In this document: in pieces, positions 28,110 through 40,290 of the stretch
Layout: the number at the start of each line of letters is the position of its first letter
How positions within the stretch are numbered: the first letter of the stretch is position 1
DNA from: Felis catus
Lineage: Eukaryota
Direction: 5' to 3'
Length of the DNA: 64,000 nt
Assembly (NCBI RefSeq): GCF_018350175.1
Contig: NC_058383.1
Coordinates: 31,868,001 to 31,932,000, forward strand
The notes under the pieces: model-generated
What the model saw: only the letters and a program-made list of their open reading frames with translations
What the model was told of the DNA's origin: nothing
Database searches by the model: none
Made by a program: the position numbers and the translations under genes

Positions 28110-28900
28110 CATTTACATAACAAAGTGTCTGAACTGTATCAACCTTAAGTATCCAGCTTGATGATTTTTTTTATTTTTATTTTTTAACGTTTATTCATTT
28201 TCCAGAGACAGAGAGAGACACAGCGTGAGTGGGGGAGGGGCAGAGAGAGAGGGAGACACAGAATCCGAAGCAGGTTTCAGGCTCTGAGCTGTCGCCACAG
28301 AGCCCGAAGCGGGGCTCAAACTCACAGACCGAGAGATCATGACCTGAGCTGAAGTCGGATGCTTAACAGACTGAGCCACCCAGGCGCCCTGATTTTTTTT
28401 CTTTTATACAAATGTATCCACTGCCCAAATCAAGATCTAGGGCATTCCCAGCCTCCCAGAAGGTTCTTTTGTGCCCCTTCTCATTGGTAACTAACCACTG
28501 CTCTGCCTTCTGTAAATACCATATAGACTTGCCTGTTCTTACACTGCATACCAAGCAGTCAGTCACATGGTATGACCCTTTCTTGTCTGGTTTCTTTCGC
28601 CCAGCACGACGTGTGTGAGGGTCATGCGTGGTGCGGTATGTCTCGATAGTTTGCTCGGTTTAATTGCTGAGCCGCGTCCTATGGCACAGATGTAACTCAG
28701 CCGTTTATTCAATCCCCTGTTGATGGATATCTGGGATGATTCCAGTTTGGGGCTATGAGAAACCAACTTGCTGTGAACATTCACGTGCAAGTCTTTGTGT
28801 AGACATATGCTTTCTATTCTCTTGGGTAAATACCTAGAAATAGGACTGCCGGGTCATAGGAGAGTTGTGTGTTTAACTTTGCAAGAGACAGCCAGGCGGT
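28110..28900 (-). mobile_element. Old L1 3' fragment with an inserted SINEC (about 28165-28389)
   Basis: L1ME/MB-type motifs (ttccagtttggggcta, gtgaacattcacgtgcaagtctttgtgt); SINE TSD tgattttttttt. Confidence 0.7.
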
Positions 28901-29795
28901 TTTTCTCCCCAGCCCTGCAGGGGAGAAATGTTTTAAGACTCCAGGGGCCCTGGCATGACTTCTCCAGGAGGCCCCACTCCACCTCACAGGAAACCTACAA
29001 AACGACCTTGATCCACATTAAACAACTTTTTTTTTTTTCCCAGAGGCTTTTCTAATTTTGCTTTTTGAAATTATTTGGCCCCAAGTGGCTCATTTGCTAT
29101 GTGGGTCTGCTGGAGTTTTTCAGCAATCGTGTTTGGCACTCTGACAAACTCCGATCCCCCAAACTCCTTTTCATTTAGAGTCAGGCTTTTATGAACAATA
29201 TATTTAGTGCCTAATGAAGATCCTTCATCACTGGCTTTGTGAACGTCTATTCACCCCTCAAAACCCCACCCAAAAGTCCCCACTTCCATGAAGCTTATAG
29301 GTAACTGCAGCCTTCCCCCTCCCCCACCAAGTCCAGAGCCTGATGTGTGACCCTGATGTCACATGCCCTTGGAGGAGAGCTCTGTGACAAATAAAACTGG
29401 GGGGTATGACAAAGATTAGGAGGAGGGAGAACATCAGAGAGGGAGGCCAGGGAGGACTTCTTCAAAAAGCCAACGACCTAAATGACAAGAAGCAGCCAGC
29501 CAGCCAGAGCTGGATAGATAGAGGGAACAGCCAGTGCAAAGGCCCTGAGGCTGGAACACCGCACACAAGGGACAGAGTGAGAGCTCCTCATTTCAACTCC
29601 AACTTCTCCTCTGAACATTTGGGGAATATAGTTGCAAAACTGACTCTATGCGTTCCTGAACAAATAGTCTGGAAAAGACATTCTGGAAAAGGCCAAACTA
29701 TGGAGACAGTGAAGAGATCGGTGGTTGCTAGGGTTGGAGAGAAGTGGGAAAGACGAATTGATGGAGCACAGGGATTTTTTTAAGGCAGTGAAGCT

Positions 29796-29944
29796 NNNNN
29801 NNNNNNNNNNNNNNNNNNNNNNNNNNNNNNNNNNNNNNNNNNNNNNNNNNNNNNNNNNNNNNNNNNNNNNNNNNNNNNNNNNNNNNNNNNNNNNNNNNNN
29901 NNNNNNNNNNNNNNNNNNNNNNNNNNNNNNNNNNNNNNNNNNNN
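29796..29944. other. Assembly gap (N run)
   Basis: 149 N. Confidence 1.
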
Positions 29945-30259
29945 GTTTACTTATTTTTGAGAGGGAGAGAAAGAGAGCACAAGCAGGGGAGGGACAGGAA
30001 GAGAGAGAGACACACACAGAATCTGAAGCAAGCTCCAGGCTCTGAGCTGTCAGCTTAGGGCCTGGTGCGGGGCTTGAGCCCACGAACTGCGAGATCACCA
30101 CCTGAGCCGAAGTCAGTCGGACGCTTAACCAACCGAGCCACCGGTTCGGTGCCCCGTGGTTCATTAATTTTAACAAATGTACCACACCAATGCCAGCTGT
30201 TAATAATAAGGGCAACTGAGGCAGGGTGGGGATAGGGGGAACGTGGGAGCATTCTGTAC

Positions 30260-31044
30260 TAAAGGGGAGCAAACTGTGTCACCCTAAAATGTATCTCCTG
30301 GGGCGCCAGGGTGGCTCAGTCGGTTAAGCATCCGACTTCAGCTCAGGTCATGATCTCACGGTCCGTGAGTTCGAGCCCCGCGTCAGGCTCTGGGCTGATG
30401 GCTCAGAGCCTGGAGCCTGTTTCCGATTCTGTGTCTCCCTCTCTCTCTGCCCCTCCCCCGTTCATGCTGTCTCTCCCTGTGTCAAAAATAAACATTAAAA
30501 AAAAATTTTTTTTTTTTAAATAAAATGTGTCTCTTTGGCATGTGGATTCTGTCAGGCTGATTAATTTTAAGATGCCGAAGGCTCAAAAGAACCTTTAACT
30601 GTCCCCCTAACTGTCTAAAAGAATTCAGACGGAGGACCTGCTGTGGGAAGGGAGCTGTCCCCACAGACAACCCCAACCTAGAATGAACGAGGTGAGGTAG
30701 GCAGGGCGGTAGCTGGCAAAGTCTATTGGTTAAAAGTCCTCTCTGTGTCCCAGTGCTTGAGAGGCCCAGGAAACACTTGCTTACCAAACATTTACTCTTT
30801 TTCATCTTTCTAGGAATTGTCTTCCTTTCCTTTGAGGTCCCAGACCCTTACCCCGTCTCCTCAGCTCTGGATGCCACATAAACATCAATTGGCTGACTGC
30901 CCACGGGCTTCCTATTCTTGTGGGGCCCCTGCATGTGTGTAATCAAATTTTATTTTCTGTTGATTGATCTGAGTCACGTCAATCTAATTCTTAGACCAGC
31001 CAAAAGAACCCTGAAGGCAGGTGGAAAATTTTTCCTCCCCAACA
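30260..31044 (+). mobile_element. 5' LTR (SINEC inserted at about 30300-30520)
   Basis: Starts taaaggggagcaaa and ends ...ttcctccccaaca. SINE TSD taaaatgt(a/g)tctc. Confidence 0.85.
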
Positions 31045-31046
31045 GC

Positions 31047-31064
31047 TGGCATAGCGGGCAGGAT
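31047..31064 (+). other. Retroviral primer-binding site, tRNA-Ser-like
   Basis: TGGCATAGCGGGCAGGAT lies 2 nt after the LTR end; 15/18 match to TGGCGTAGTCGGCAGGAT (complement of the remembered tRNA-Ser 3' end). Confidence 0.75.
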
Positions 31065-33880
31065 AATCATTTGACTAGTTGGACACTGCTGGTCCCGGGA
31101 CTGCGGCAGCTGGGAGATCCCCACAGACGGTGAGAATTCTTCTCACATCGGTCTCCCAGATCTCTGCCTGCCCGGTCCGATGAACGCCAAAGTGCTGAGA
31201 GTCCTTTTCTTGATCTAAATTTAGATTAGCAGAAGAAAATATCTGTGGAATTGGTTCCTAGGATATACTGGCTTTGGTCAAAATTCGTCATGAGCTCTCT
31301 TGGTTTTTATCGATCCCTTTCTTCCCAGAGACGGTCACTGTTTGTCCCTGTCTATTGTATCGTTCGTCAGGAAGAAAGACCATGGGCTAGAACACAGGCA
31401 TAAGCCCTAAAAGCCTGCTGTTTGCCCGGCCTCACAGACTAGGGAGCTCACGGTTCCAACCAGACCAGGGTCTGTTTAGACCAACTTTGTTATGGGTTCA
31501 TGTGCACTTGACGTAGAGGCTGTTACTAAGGGACGTCGTAGAAGCCCAAACTGCAAAATTGGTAGGCAGGGCTCCAGCACTGAAGTGTGGTTAGAGTTCT
31601 TCCCAGTTAACTCAGACTCCTGTGTTAGGATAAGCTGGTCACCGAACAGGTTACGATGATCCTAAGTCACCTGGCCACCCCAAGAAGATTTCTGTGCAAA
31701 CGAGATTGTCTGTAAAACAAACAAACAAGAACACACCCCACCGTCCCCCACCCATGCGCACACCCTCTTTGGCATTAGTTTGGCTTGGAGACCCAAGACT
31801 TAATCGAAAGTTCATCCATTGCTTTTTACCAATCCTAAAACCTGCCCTATTTATCTCAAAAGCCTTGTTAATTATTGGCCTTCGGAAACCAAAGTCGTTC
31901 TTGGAGAAACTAGCATTCTTTCAGGAGGTATCTACAAGAGTGCCCACACTCACCTAAGATGAAAGGCGAAAGGTCTTTAAGAGGCCTTTCCAATAGACAA
32001 ACTGTGAGAAGGGTTCTCTTGCTCAGACTCTAGACCACAGGCTGCTTAATATTTACTTTCAGGGACAAATACAAATCTTAAAGGTCTTCTCCACAAATGG
32101 TGAAAGACCTCAGCCATCTGAGTGAGTCAATTTGATATATTCCAACTGTTATGTGCAAACTAGTGAGTTTTCTATTGTTTTACTCAAGCTACAAGATCTC
32201 TGTCTATACGGAGGTCTATGTGGGTACAGGAGAAGATATGTTATTTTTTGATCTCCAGACGGTATCGCCGAAATTAACTTGTAAAGGAGCTCTATTTAAC
32301 CGGCTGAAAATTGGGCGCTTATAAATGAAGCATTTCTAAATCCCAGACATATAACAGAAACGAACCTAACCGGTTTTCACATTCACATAACTTGGGATAA
32401 TTTTTGGTAAATAAAAGCTGGTTTAAGTTTGGTTTAATGAACACAGATATGCCTTAGAGTTATCAACATTGGATATAACGTAGACACATATAACACCTGG
32501 GTTTGCTAATCAAATAAGTTTATGTCATGATGTTGCAAAATCTGTCAGGGAAAAATAATGATGGTGGCTGATTCTGTCTAATGTCTCAAGAAGTTTTCGT
32601 GGGTAATCTAAACATAATCATCGGAGATGATTTAGACAGATGTAAGCAAGACAAGACTTTTTAGGTGAACTTCGTAAGCAAAAATTATGCTTTATGGTAG
32701 GTTTACTTAAAAATGGCTTCCAAAATTTTTTGGTAACTTCAAGCTTTAAAGTTGTGCTAGGTTGAATTAAATGAGTTAAGTTAAATTTAGTTTTAAGTAT
32801 CTAGATCATTTCCAAGTAAGATTTTTTTTACTTGTTTATTTTTTAATTATTAAAAAAATTTTTTTAATGCTTATTCTTTTTTTTTTTTTTTTGAGAGAGA
32901 GAGAGAGACAGAGAGAGACAGAGTGCGAGTGGGAAGGGGCAGAGAGAGAGGGAGACACAGAATCAGAAGCAGGTTCCAGGGTCTGAGCTGTCAGCACAGA
33001 GCCCGACTCGAGGCTCTAACCCATGAACCGTGAGATTGGGACCTGAGCTGAAATCAAGAGTCGGAGGCCCAACCTGAGCCAAAGTTGGATGCTTAGCCTA
33101 CTGAGCCACCCAGGCACCCCTCATTTCCCAATAAGATTAAAAAAAATTTTTTTTAATGTTTATTTTTGACAGAGAGTGTGCGCGCGCGCGCGCGCGCATG
33201 AATGGGGGAGGGGCAGAGAGAGGGAGACACAGAATCCGAAGCAGCTCCAGGCTCCGAGCCATCAGCACAGAGCCCGACGCGGGGCTCGAACTCACAGACC
33301 ACGAGATCATGACCTGAGCCGAAGTCGGACGCCCAACCGACTGAGCCACCTGGGCGCCCCTCCAAATATGTTGATTTCTGCCCCCTCTGCCTATAAAAAT
33401 CTTCTATTTTCTACAGCTCCTCAGAGCTCTCTCCTATTTGCTACATGGGGTGTTACTTGATTCATGAATCCTGCCGATTAGATCTTCAAAATTTACTCAG
33501 CTGAATTCTGATTTCTTTCCTTCTTTTTTTTTTTTTTTTTTGATGATTACAGAAAAACTAAATATATCTGGGTCTGTTGGTAAAACACACCCAGGTCGTG
33601 TTGAAAGACTGTACTCTGAAGAAGCATACATTTCTAGAAATTATGAAACGGATTCATGAATTGGCCAATCTAAAGAACCCTGGCGTAACAGTTCACAAAG
33701 GCTATTTCATTGTTGCTACACATTAAAGTTTCTATGAGTTAAGGATTCTAATATACGTGATGGAAACTGCTACACATACTGAGAAATGTATCTCTATATA
33801 CAAGGAAAATTGGACAGGTTTTGGGTAAGAAAAGGTATGAGGTAAGGAGATGTTTTTGCGAAGGAAAAAGAAAGTAAATT

Positions 33881-34678
33881 TGGGGAGCCTCTTTGGCTCA
33901 GTCAGTAGAACGTGAGACTCTTGATCTCAGAGTTGTGGGTTCAAGTCCCATGGTGGGTGTAGAGATTACTTAAACATAAAATCTTTTTGGGGTGCCTGGG
34001 TGGCTCAGTCGGTTGAGCGTCTGACTTCGGCCCAGGTCATGATCTCGTGGTCCGTGGGTTCGAGCCCCGCATCGGGCTCTGTGCTGACAGCTCGGAGCCC
34101 GGAGCCTGTTTCCGATTCTGTGTCTCCCTCTCTCTCTGACCCTCCCCTGTTCATGCTCTGTCTCTCTCTGTCTCAAAAATAAGTAAACATTAAAAAAAAA
34201 ATTATAGGGGCGCCTGGGTGGCACAGTCGGTTAAGCGTCCGACTTCAGCCAGGTCACGATCTCACAGTCCGTGAGTTCGAGCCCCGTGTCAGGCTCTGGG
34301 CTGATGGCTCAGAGCCTGGAGCCTGTTTCCGATTCTGTGTCTCCCTCTCTCTCTGTGCCTCCCCCGTTCATGCTCTGTCTCTCTCTGTCCCAAAAATAAA
34401 TAAACGTTGAAAAAAAAAATAAAAAAAAATTATAAACATAAAATCTTTTTTTTTTTAATTGTTTTTCAATGTTTTTTATTTATTTTTGGGACAGAGAGAG
34501 ACAGAGCATGAATGGGGGAGGGGCAGAGAGAGAGGGAGACACAGAATAGGAAGCAGGCTCCAGGCTCTGAGCAGTCAGCCCAGAGCCTGACGCGGGGCTT
34601 GAACTCCCGGACCGGACCGCGAGATCGTGACCTGGCTGAAGTCGGACGCTTAACCAACTGCGCCACCCAGGCACCCCT
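33881..34678. mobile_element. Nested SINE stack (three plus-strand copies inserted tail-in-tail) plus an adjacent inverted copy
   Basis: Heads at about 33882, 33989 and 34207 (+); reverse copy at about 34450-34678; TSDs are visible. Confidence 0.85.
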
Positions 34679-37038
34679 AAAAATAACTGTGGGATTTTTC
34701 AGAATGTCCCTGAAAAACGACAAAAGATTTGTTCCCTCTCCTTGTAAAAGACAGATAACAAGTTAATTAGGCTTATGTGATAAGTTAAATGAGGTGGGAA
34801 ACACATCAAATAAGGGATGATAAGCCTTAGATTATATTGTATGGGTGCGTATTTAAAAAAAAATCTTTTAATGTTTATTTATTTTTGAGATAGAGAGAGA
34901 CAGAGCACGAACTGGGGAGGGGCAGAGAGAGAGGGAGACACAGAATCGGAAGCAGGCTCCGGGCTCTGAGCCGTCAGCACAGAGCTTGACGCGGGGCTCG
35001 AACTCACAGACCGCGAGATCATGACCCGAGCCGAAGTCGGACGCCCAACCGACTGAGCCACCCAGGCGCCCCTGTATGGGTGCATACTTTTAATATAAAT
35101 GTTCTACAAATTAAATAAAATTCCTAAGAAATCTGGTATGCCCTGCTACAGTGCTATCACTCATAATTCTAATTATTATCTCAAAACATTGTCTGTCACA
35201 GAAATAACCCAAGTTCCTTGTCAATTGCATTGTAATGAGCTCTAATCAGACCTTCACCAAGCAATGTTTAAGTCTTTCACATTTGTAGACAGTCCTTTTA
35301 CTCAGATGCTTTTACACAAATGTTCCTGCAGAAATGCTTCATCTTAAAGGAATTCATGAGAAAGACTCTAGAATACAGGTTTCTGGTAACTTTAAAATCA
35401 TAAAACTGAACTTGGTAAACATTCCCAGAATGAACGGGGAAACTGGATTCCAAGCACAACAAGAATTACGTGGGACTTGAATAAACAGAGAGGGAAGATT
35501 GTAATTTGTATGACTTTTTGTTTGAAATGTTGCTGATTCTTTAATCTTTTGTTTTCTGGAGGTAAAGAGATCTGTCCTCTTAAACTTGTCCCGACTTAGA
35601 GCGATTTGATCAACGACACTTTTGTAAGGAGAACTGAAACATTTCTCGTTCTCTCCTGACTTGGTCTCTCCAGAATTTGGAAACTCTCCAGGAGTATTCT
35701 CGTATTTTCATGGCCATATGTTTATTTGCATAAGTTTGATAAGAATCCACTTCCCTTGTAACAGGACAACACCGGAAACGTTGGTTATATTGCCAAGGCT
35801 TTGACTGGAATGTCGCATGTGACAGAGGCATGCGTAGACTCAGGTATGAACAGCTTTAAGGAACTAAGGTTGACTTTAGGGAGCCAATCAAGCCCCTTGG
35901 AAATTATTAGCCTGGTACCTTGCTTACAGGGTTCCCAGCAGCCTTGGGACGTAAGCAAAGAATGGCACTTCAGGTACAGGAACCTCAGGACATTTCGGAG
36001 ACCTCAAGAGTGGAGGAATTAACCCAAATCTATAGGTACTGCAGGCAAAGTATGATGGACGGTATTCGGTTTGGCTTCTGGCCCCAAGAGGCTTTTAAAA
36101 GTTCCCTCTGAGATTCCCTATGAAAAGTTCCAGCAAAGCAGATTTCAAAGATCCCAGGGGCACCTGGGTGGCTCAGTGGGTCATGCGTCAGACTCTTGGT
36201 TTCGGCTTAGGTCATGATATTGCAGTTTGTGGGTTTGGCCCCGAGTCGGGCTCTGCACTGGCAGGACAGGGACTACTGCTTGGGATTCTCTCTCTCTTCC
36301 TCTCTCTCTGCCCCTCCCCTGATTGCGTGCTCTCTGTTTCAAAATAAATAAACTTAAAAAAATAAACAAATAAAAGAGCCCATATGATTAATTGCTATTC
36401 CTCCTGCACTTACGCAAAAGACCGAGCCATGTTTACTGAAATGACTTAATTTGCAAACGAATCCGTCTGATTTGGCTACATTTGGTAGAAATGAAGGTGA
36501 CCGTACAGAGGAAAAGTAAAAACCACATGCTTCAATAGCACACGTTTGTGGATACTAAATTCTAATACTGTTTGTTGTAAACCAGACTAGATCGTGAATT
36601 CTTCTAGTTTCTTCCATCGTCTGGCTACAACTCTCCACACTAACGTTTTCAATTTTTCTCCTGCTCTTCTGAGCTGGAGTCATGGGCAACTAAACTGCCC
36701 CTTTTCCTAAAGCCCCACAACCTGGATATGAACAACTTGATGTAAACTTGAAAGAAATCACCACGACGGCTCATGTATGTATAATCTTTGTGCCACATGT
36801 GGTTTGGCCGCTCGGAAACATCCTGAGCTAGATTCGAACTGTAGATCAGGAAACTCTATCAGATTGCCCCTGTCTGCCTTCACAACATCTAAGGATGCTT
36901 CCAGCTGGGCAACTACCGATCTCAACTCGCTGCCCTCTGAACTCAGAAACTGGGTTTCTAATTTGTTCCAATCATTAACCATTGTTTTTCTTTTTCTTTG
37001 CATAAAAATGCCTCTTTAAAATTTTTTTTATTCACTTT

Positions 37039-37070
<32 letters not shown>

Positions 37071-37426
37071 CAAACATGAGTGAGGGAGGGGCAGAGAGAG
37101 AGGGAGAGAAGAGAACCCCAAGCAGGCTCCTTGCTGTCCGTGTGCAGAGCGTGACATGGGGCTCGATCTTAAGAACCGTGAGATCATGACCTGAGCCAAA
37201 ACCAAGAGCTGGATGCTCAACTGACCGAGCCACCCAGGCACCCCAGAAATGCCTCGTGTTTCACATCTGGTTACTTGAACCACAGGCCTAACTTGGGCAC
37301 ACTGCCTCCTGAAATGAGTCTGAACTGACTGAACGTCAGGACTGAGACTGGTTTGTTGAGATAAAACTATCTGCCAACTCAACTTCTGGACAGTGACATT
37401 TCTTGGAGGAGTTTCAAAAGTGGGAC

Positions 37427-38016
37427 TGTAGGAGAGCAAAATCGGCCGCCCCAAACTGTGTCTTTTCGGCATGCGGGTTATTGTAGGCTGATTTTTTTTT
37501 TTAATGTTTATTTATTTTTGAGAGACAGAGCATGAGCAGGAGAGGAGCGGAGAGAGAGGGAGACACAGAATCAGAAGCGGGCTCCAGGCTCCGAGCTGTC
37601 AGCACAGAGCCTGACGTGTGGCTTGGACTCGTGAACCACGAGATCGTGACCTGAGCAGAAGTCGGACGCTTAACCTACTGAACCACCCTAGGTGCCCCTA
37701 GGCCAATTATTTTTAAGAAACAGAAGGCTCAGGAAGAAACTCTGACCATCCCTCTGTCTAGAAGAATTCAGACAGAAGACCTGCTGTGGGAAGGGAGCTG
37801 TCCCCACAGACAACTACAACATAGTATGAACGAGGGCTCTACATGCCGTATAAGCCTGGAGTGCCTGACGGCCCGTGGGCCTCCTGTTCTTAGGGGGCCC
37901 CTGCATATATGTGTAACTAAATTTTATTTTCTCCTGTTGACCTGTCTCATGTCAATTTAAGTCAGCCAAAAGAACCTCGAAGGGTAGAGACGAACAAGAT
38001 TTTTGTTACCTCAACA
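37427..38016 (+). mobile_element. 3' LTR (SINEC inserted at about 37492-37699; about 170-bp internal deletion relative to the 5' LTR)
   Basis: Starts tgtaggagagcaaa and ends ...acctcaaca. Confidence 0.85.
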
Positions 38017-38149
38017 AAAAAGGACATGCCTACTGAAAAGAACTCGTGCCACTCAGCTGGATGGAGTGAGCTGTGGGTGGCCCCTTCCACCAGCCCTGCT
38101 CCTTCTAAAGAATGGATAAACGTCTGATCAGGGCTTCTGCCCCAGAGAA

Positions 38150-38720
38150 GATGGGAACAGATATTTTTCCGGAGAAGACACGCACACAGATGGCCAACGG
38201 GCCCGGGGGAGATGAGTTGGCCTCACCCCTCGTCAAGGAAATGCACATCGGAACCATGGGGACCTGCAGCCTCGCCCCAGTCCGAATGGCTAGTGTTGGA
38301 CAGACGAGAGACGACGGGTGTTGGCGAGGGTGTAGACCAAAGGGACGCCTGCGCTCAGCCGGTGGGAGTGCTGGCTGGCGTAGCCATCCATCCATGATGA
38401 TGATGGAACCGTCATCACGTTCGCTGCAGCATTATTTACGGTAGCCAAGATACGGACAGAAAGCGTTCCTAAATGGGTAAAGACGATGTGGTGTATTCAG
38501 TGTAGAAAAAAGAACGGAATCTTGCCATTTGTGACAACGTGGATGGACCCCGAAGACATAATGCTAAGGGACGTAAGTCAGAGAAAGACAAATGCCATAT
38601 GATCTCACTTATGTGTGAAATCTAGAAAAAACAAAAAGACAAGCTTCTGGACACAGATTGGTGGCGGGGGCGATGGTGGAAGGGGGTCAAAGGGTGTGGA
38701 CTTCCAGGTATAAAATACAT
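38150..38720 (+). mobile_element. L1MA-type ORF2 3' end/3'UTR fragments
   Basis: aacagatatttttccggagaagaca..., cttgccatttgtgacaacgtggatggac..., gagaaagacaaatgccatatgatctcacttatgtgtgaaatcta. Confidence 0.8.
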
Positions 38721-40290
38721 GTTCACACAAAGACTTTATGCGAGAATGTAAAAAGCCGCTTTACTTGTAATAGATTGTATGTCTGTGTGCCCCACCCCAA
38801 TTCATACATTGAAGCCTCACCCCCAGTGGGATGGGGTGGGGACTTTGGCAGTCAACTAGGTCATGAGGGTGGAGACCCCATGCATGGGATTCGTGCCCTT
38901 ATAAGAAGAGATCCCAGGGTCACTAAGCCTCTAACGCTTGATTTTGGCTCAGGTCGTGATCTCCACGTTCATGAGTTCAAGCCCTCGTGAGGCTCCATGC
39001 TGATGGTGTGGGGCTTCCTTGGGATTCTCTCTCTCTCCCCTCCCTCTCTCTCTCTCCCTCTCTCTCTGCCCTTCCCTACCCACCCCCTCTCAAAATGAAT
39101 AAAACAATTTTTTTTAAATGCCAATGGTGGGGGAAACTGGGTGAGAGGTATATGGAAAAGGTAACCCACTCTCCAACTTTTCCCAACAGAAAAAGCTTAT
39201 TAAAGAAAAAATAAATAACCTCACAGCTAAATGGTGGGACCACGGCACATAACAACTGCTCAGACAACACGGAAATGGGTACCGTTTCCCATTATTTTGT
39301 CCTGATCATGGAAATGACTCAACATTCAGCAATGCCCTTAGGTTCACAAATTCCAAGCAATACAAAAACTGATAAAATAGAAAGTGAAACTTACCATAAT
39401 TCCACCCCCCCCCCAATGCTAAGTCTGTGAATTATATTCTGGACTGTTCCCTACCCCTACGCAAACACTTATTTTAAATTTTTCTATGGACGTGAGATGA
39501 CGCCTCGCATTCCAGTAATTTGGTCACTGTCGATAGACTCTGGATTTCCTCTTGCATCAAGGTCACCTACCGGGCTCCTCTACCTGAATGGCCATGAGCT
39601 GTTCTGCAACACGAATGTAGCAACTCAGCCACCGTTTCCTTAAGACGGACTTTAAGTTATTGCTAATTTTCTCCCTGCAAGCCGCACCCTTGCGAGCACG
39701 CTTCTGCAGGACAGACCCCCGGCGGCAGAATTATAAGTGCAATGGCACATTGATAAGGAGTCACCTGACTGCCACATTGCCCTGACTGTCCCCAGAATCG
39801 GCTGGCTCCACCCCTCCCTAAGGCAGCGGTGGGTGTGATACCCCCAACGCTCGCCTTCACCTCCCTGGTGACTCTGCCCTCAATCAAGGCGGCCATGGGT
39901 GGCCACTGTGACATCACAGATGGCGGGGGCTGGGGGGTGGGGGTGGGACAGGACAGCACCTGAAGGGATGCTCCCGGACGTCCTGCTGAGATTCAGCGTG
40001 TTTGAGATGGCAGATGTGGGGCGGGCAGGGAGAGGGTGTGCGACATTTCAAACGTCACACGACGACACCACGCGTGTTTCATGTTAGGAAAATGACAAAG
40101 ACCTTTATCCTAAAAGCACCCATTTATCGTTCACTTCTTCAACAAATGTTTGGGTTTCTTCTGTGTGCCCGGTCACTCACAGTAGGAGGCTTGTCACGGT
40201 GAACAAAATTCAGTTCCCGACCTCCCGGAACTTGTGTCCTACCTGGAGATAAAGAGCAAACGCGGCGAGTACCGGCTAGCGGCAAGTGCG

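Larger units (their letters stand above)
30260..38016 (+). mobile_element. Non-coding ERV1/MER4-group-like provirus: 5' LTR, AT-rich internal region, 3' LTR; heavily invaded by SINEs
   Basis: Direct-repeat LTRs share e.g. gaattcagac..agacctgctgtgggaagggagctgtccccacagacaac. There is a PBS after the 5' LTR and a purine-rich PPT-like segment (gagagtttcaaaagtgggac) before the 3' LTR. No gag/pol ORFs appear in the ORF track. Confidence 0.85.

Noticed and set aside
30311-30523. Recurrent small ORFs 'MAQSVK..TSAQVMIS...' (also 28191, 33137, 34000, 42371, 60823)
   Set aside because: Translations of SINEC consensus sequence, not a gene family.
33881-33960. tRNA-like sequence with A/B boxes
   Set aside because: It is the tRNA-derived head of a CAN-SINE with an A-rich tail; no intact cloverleaf was evident.
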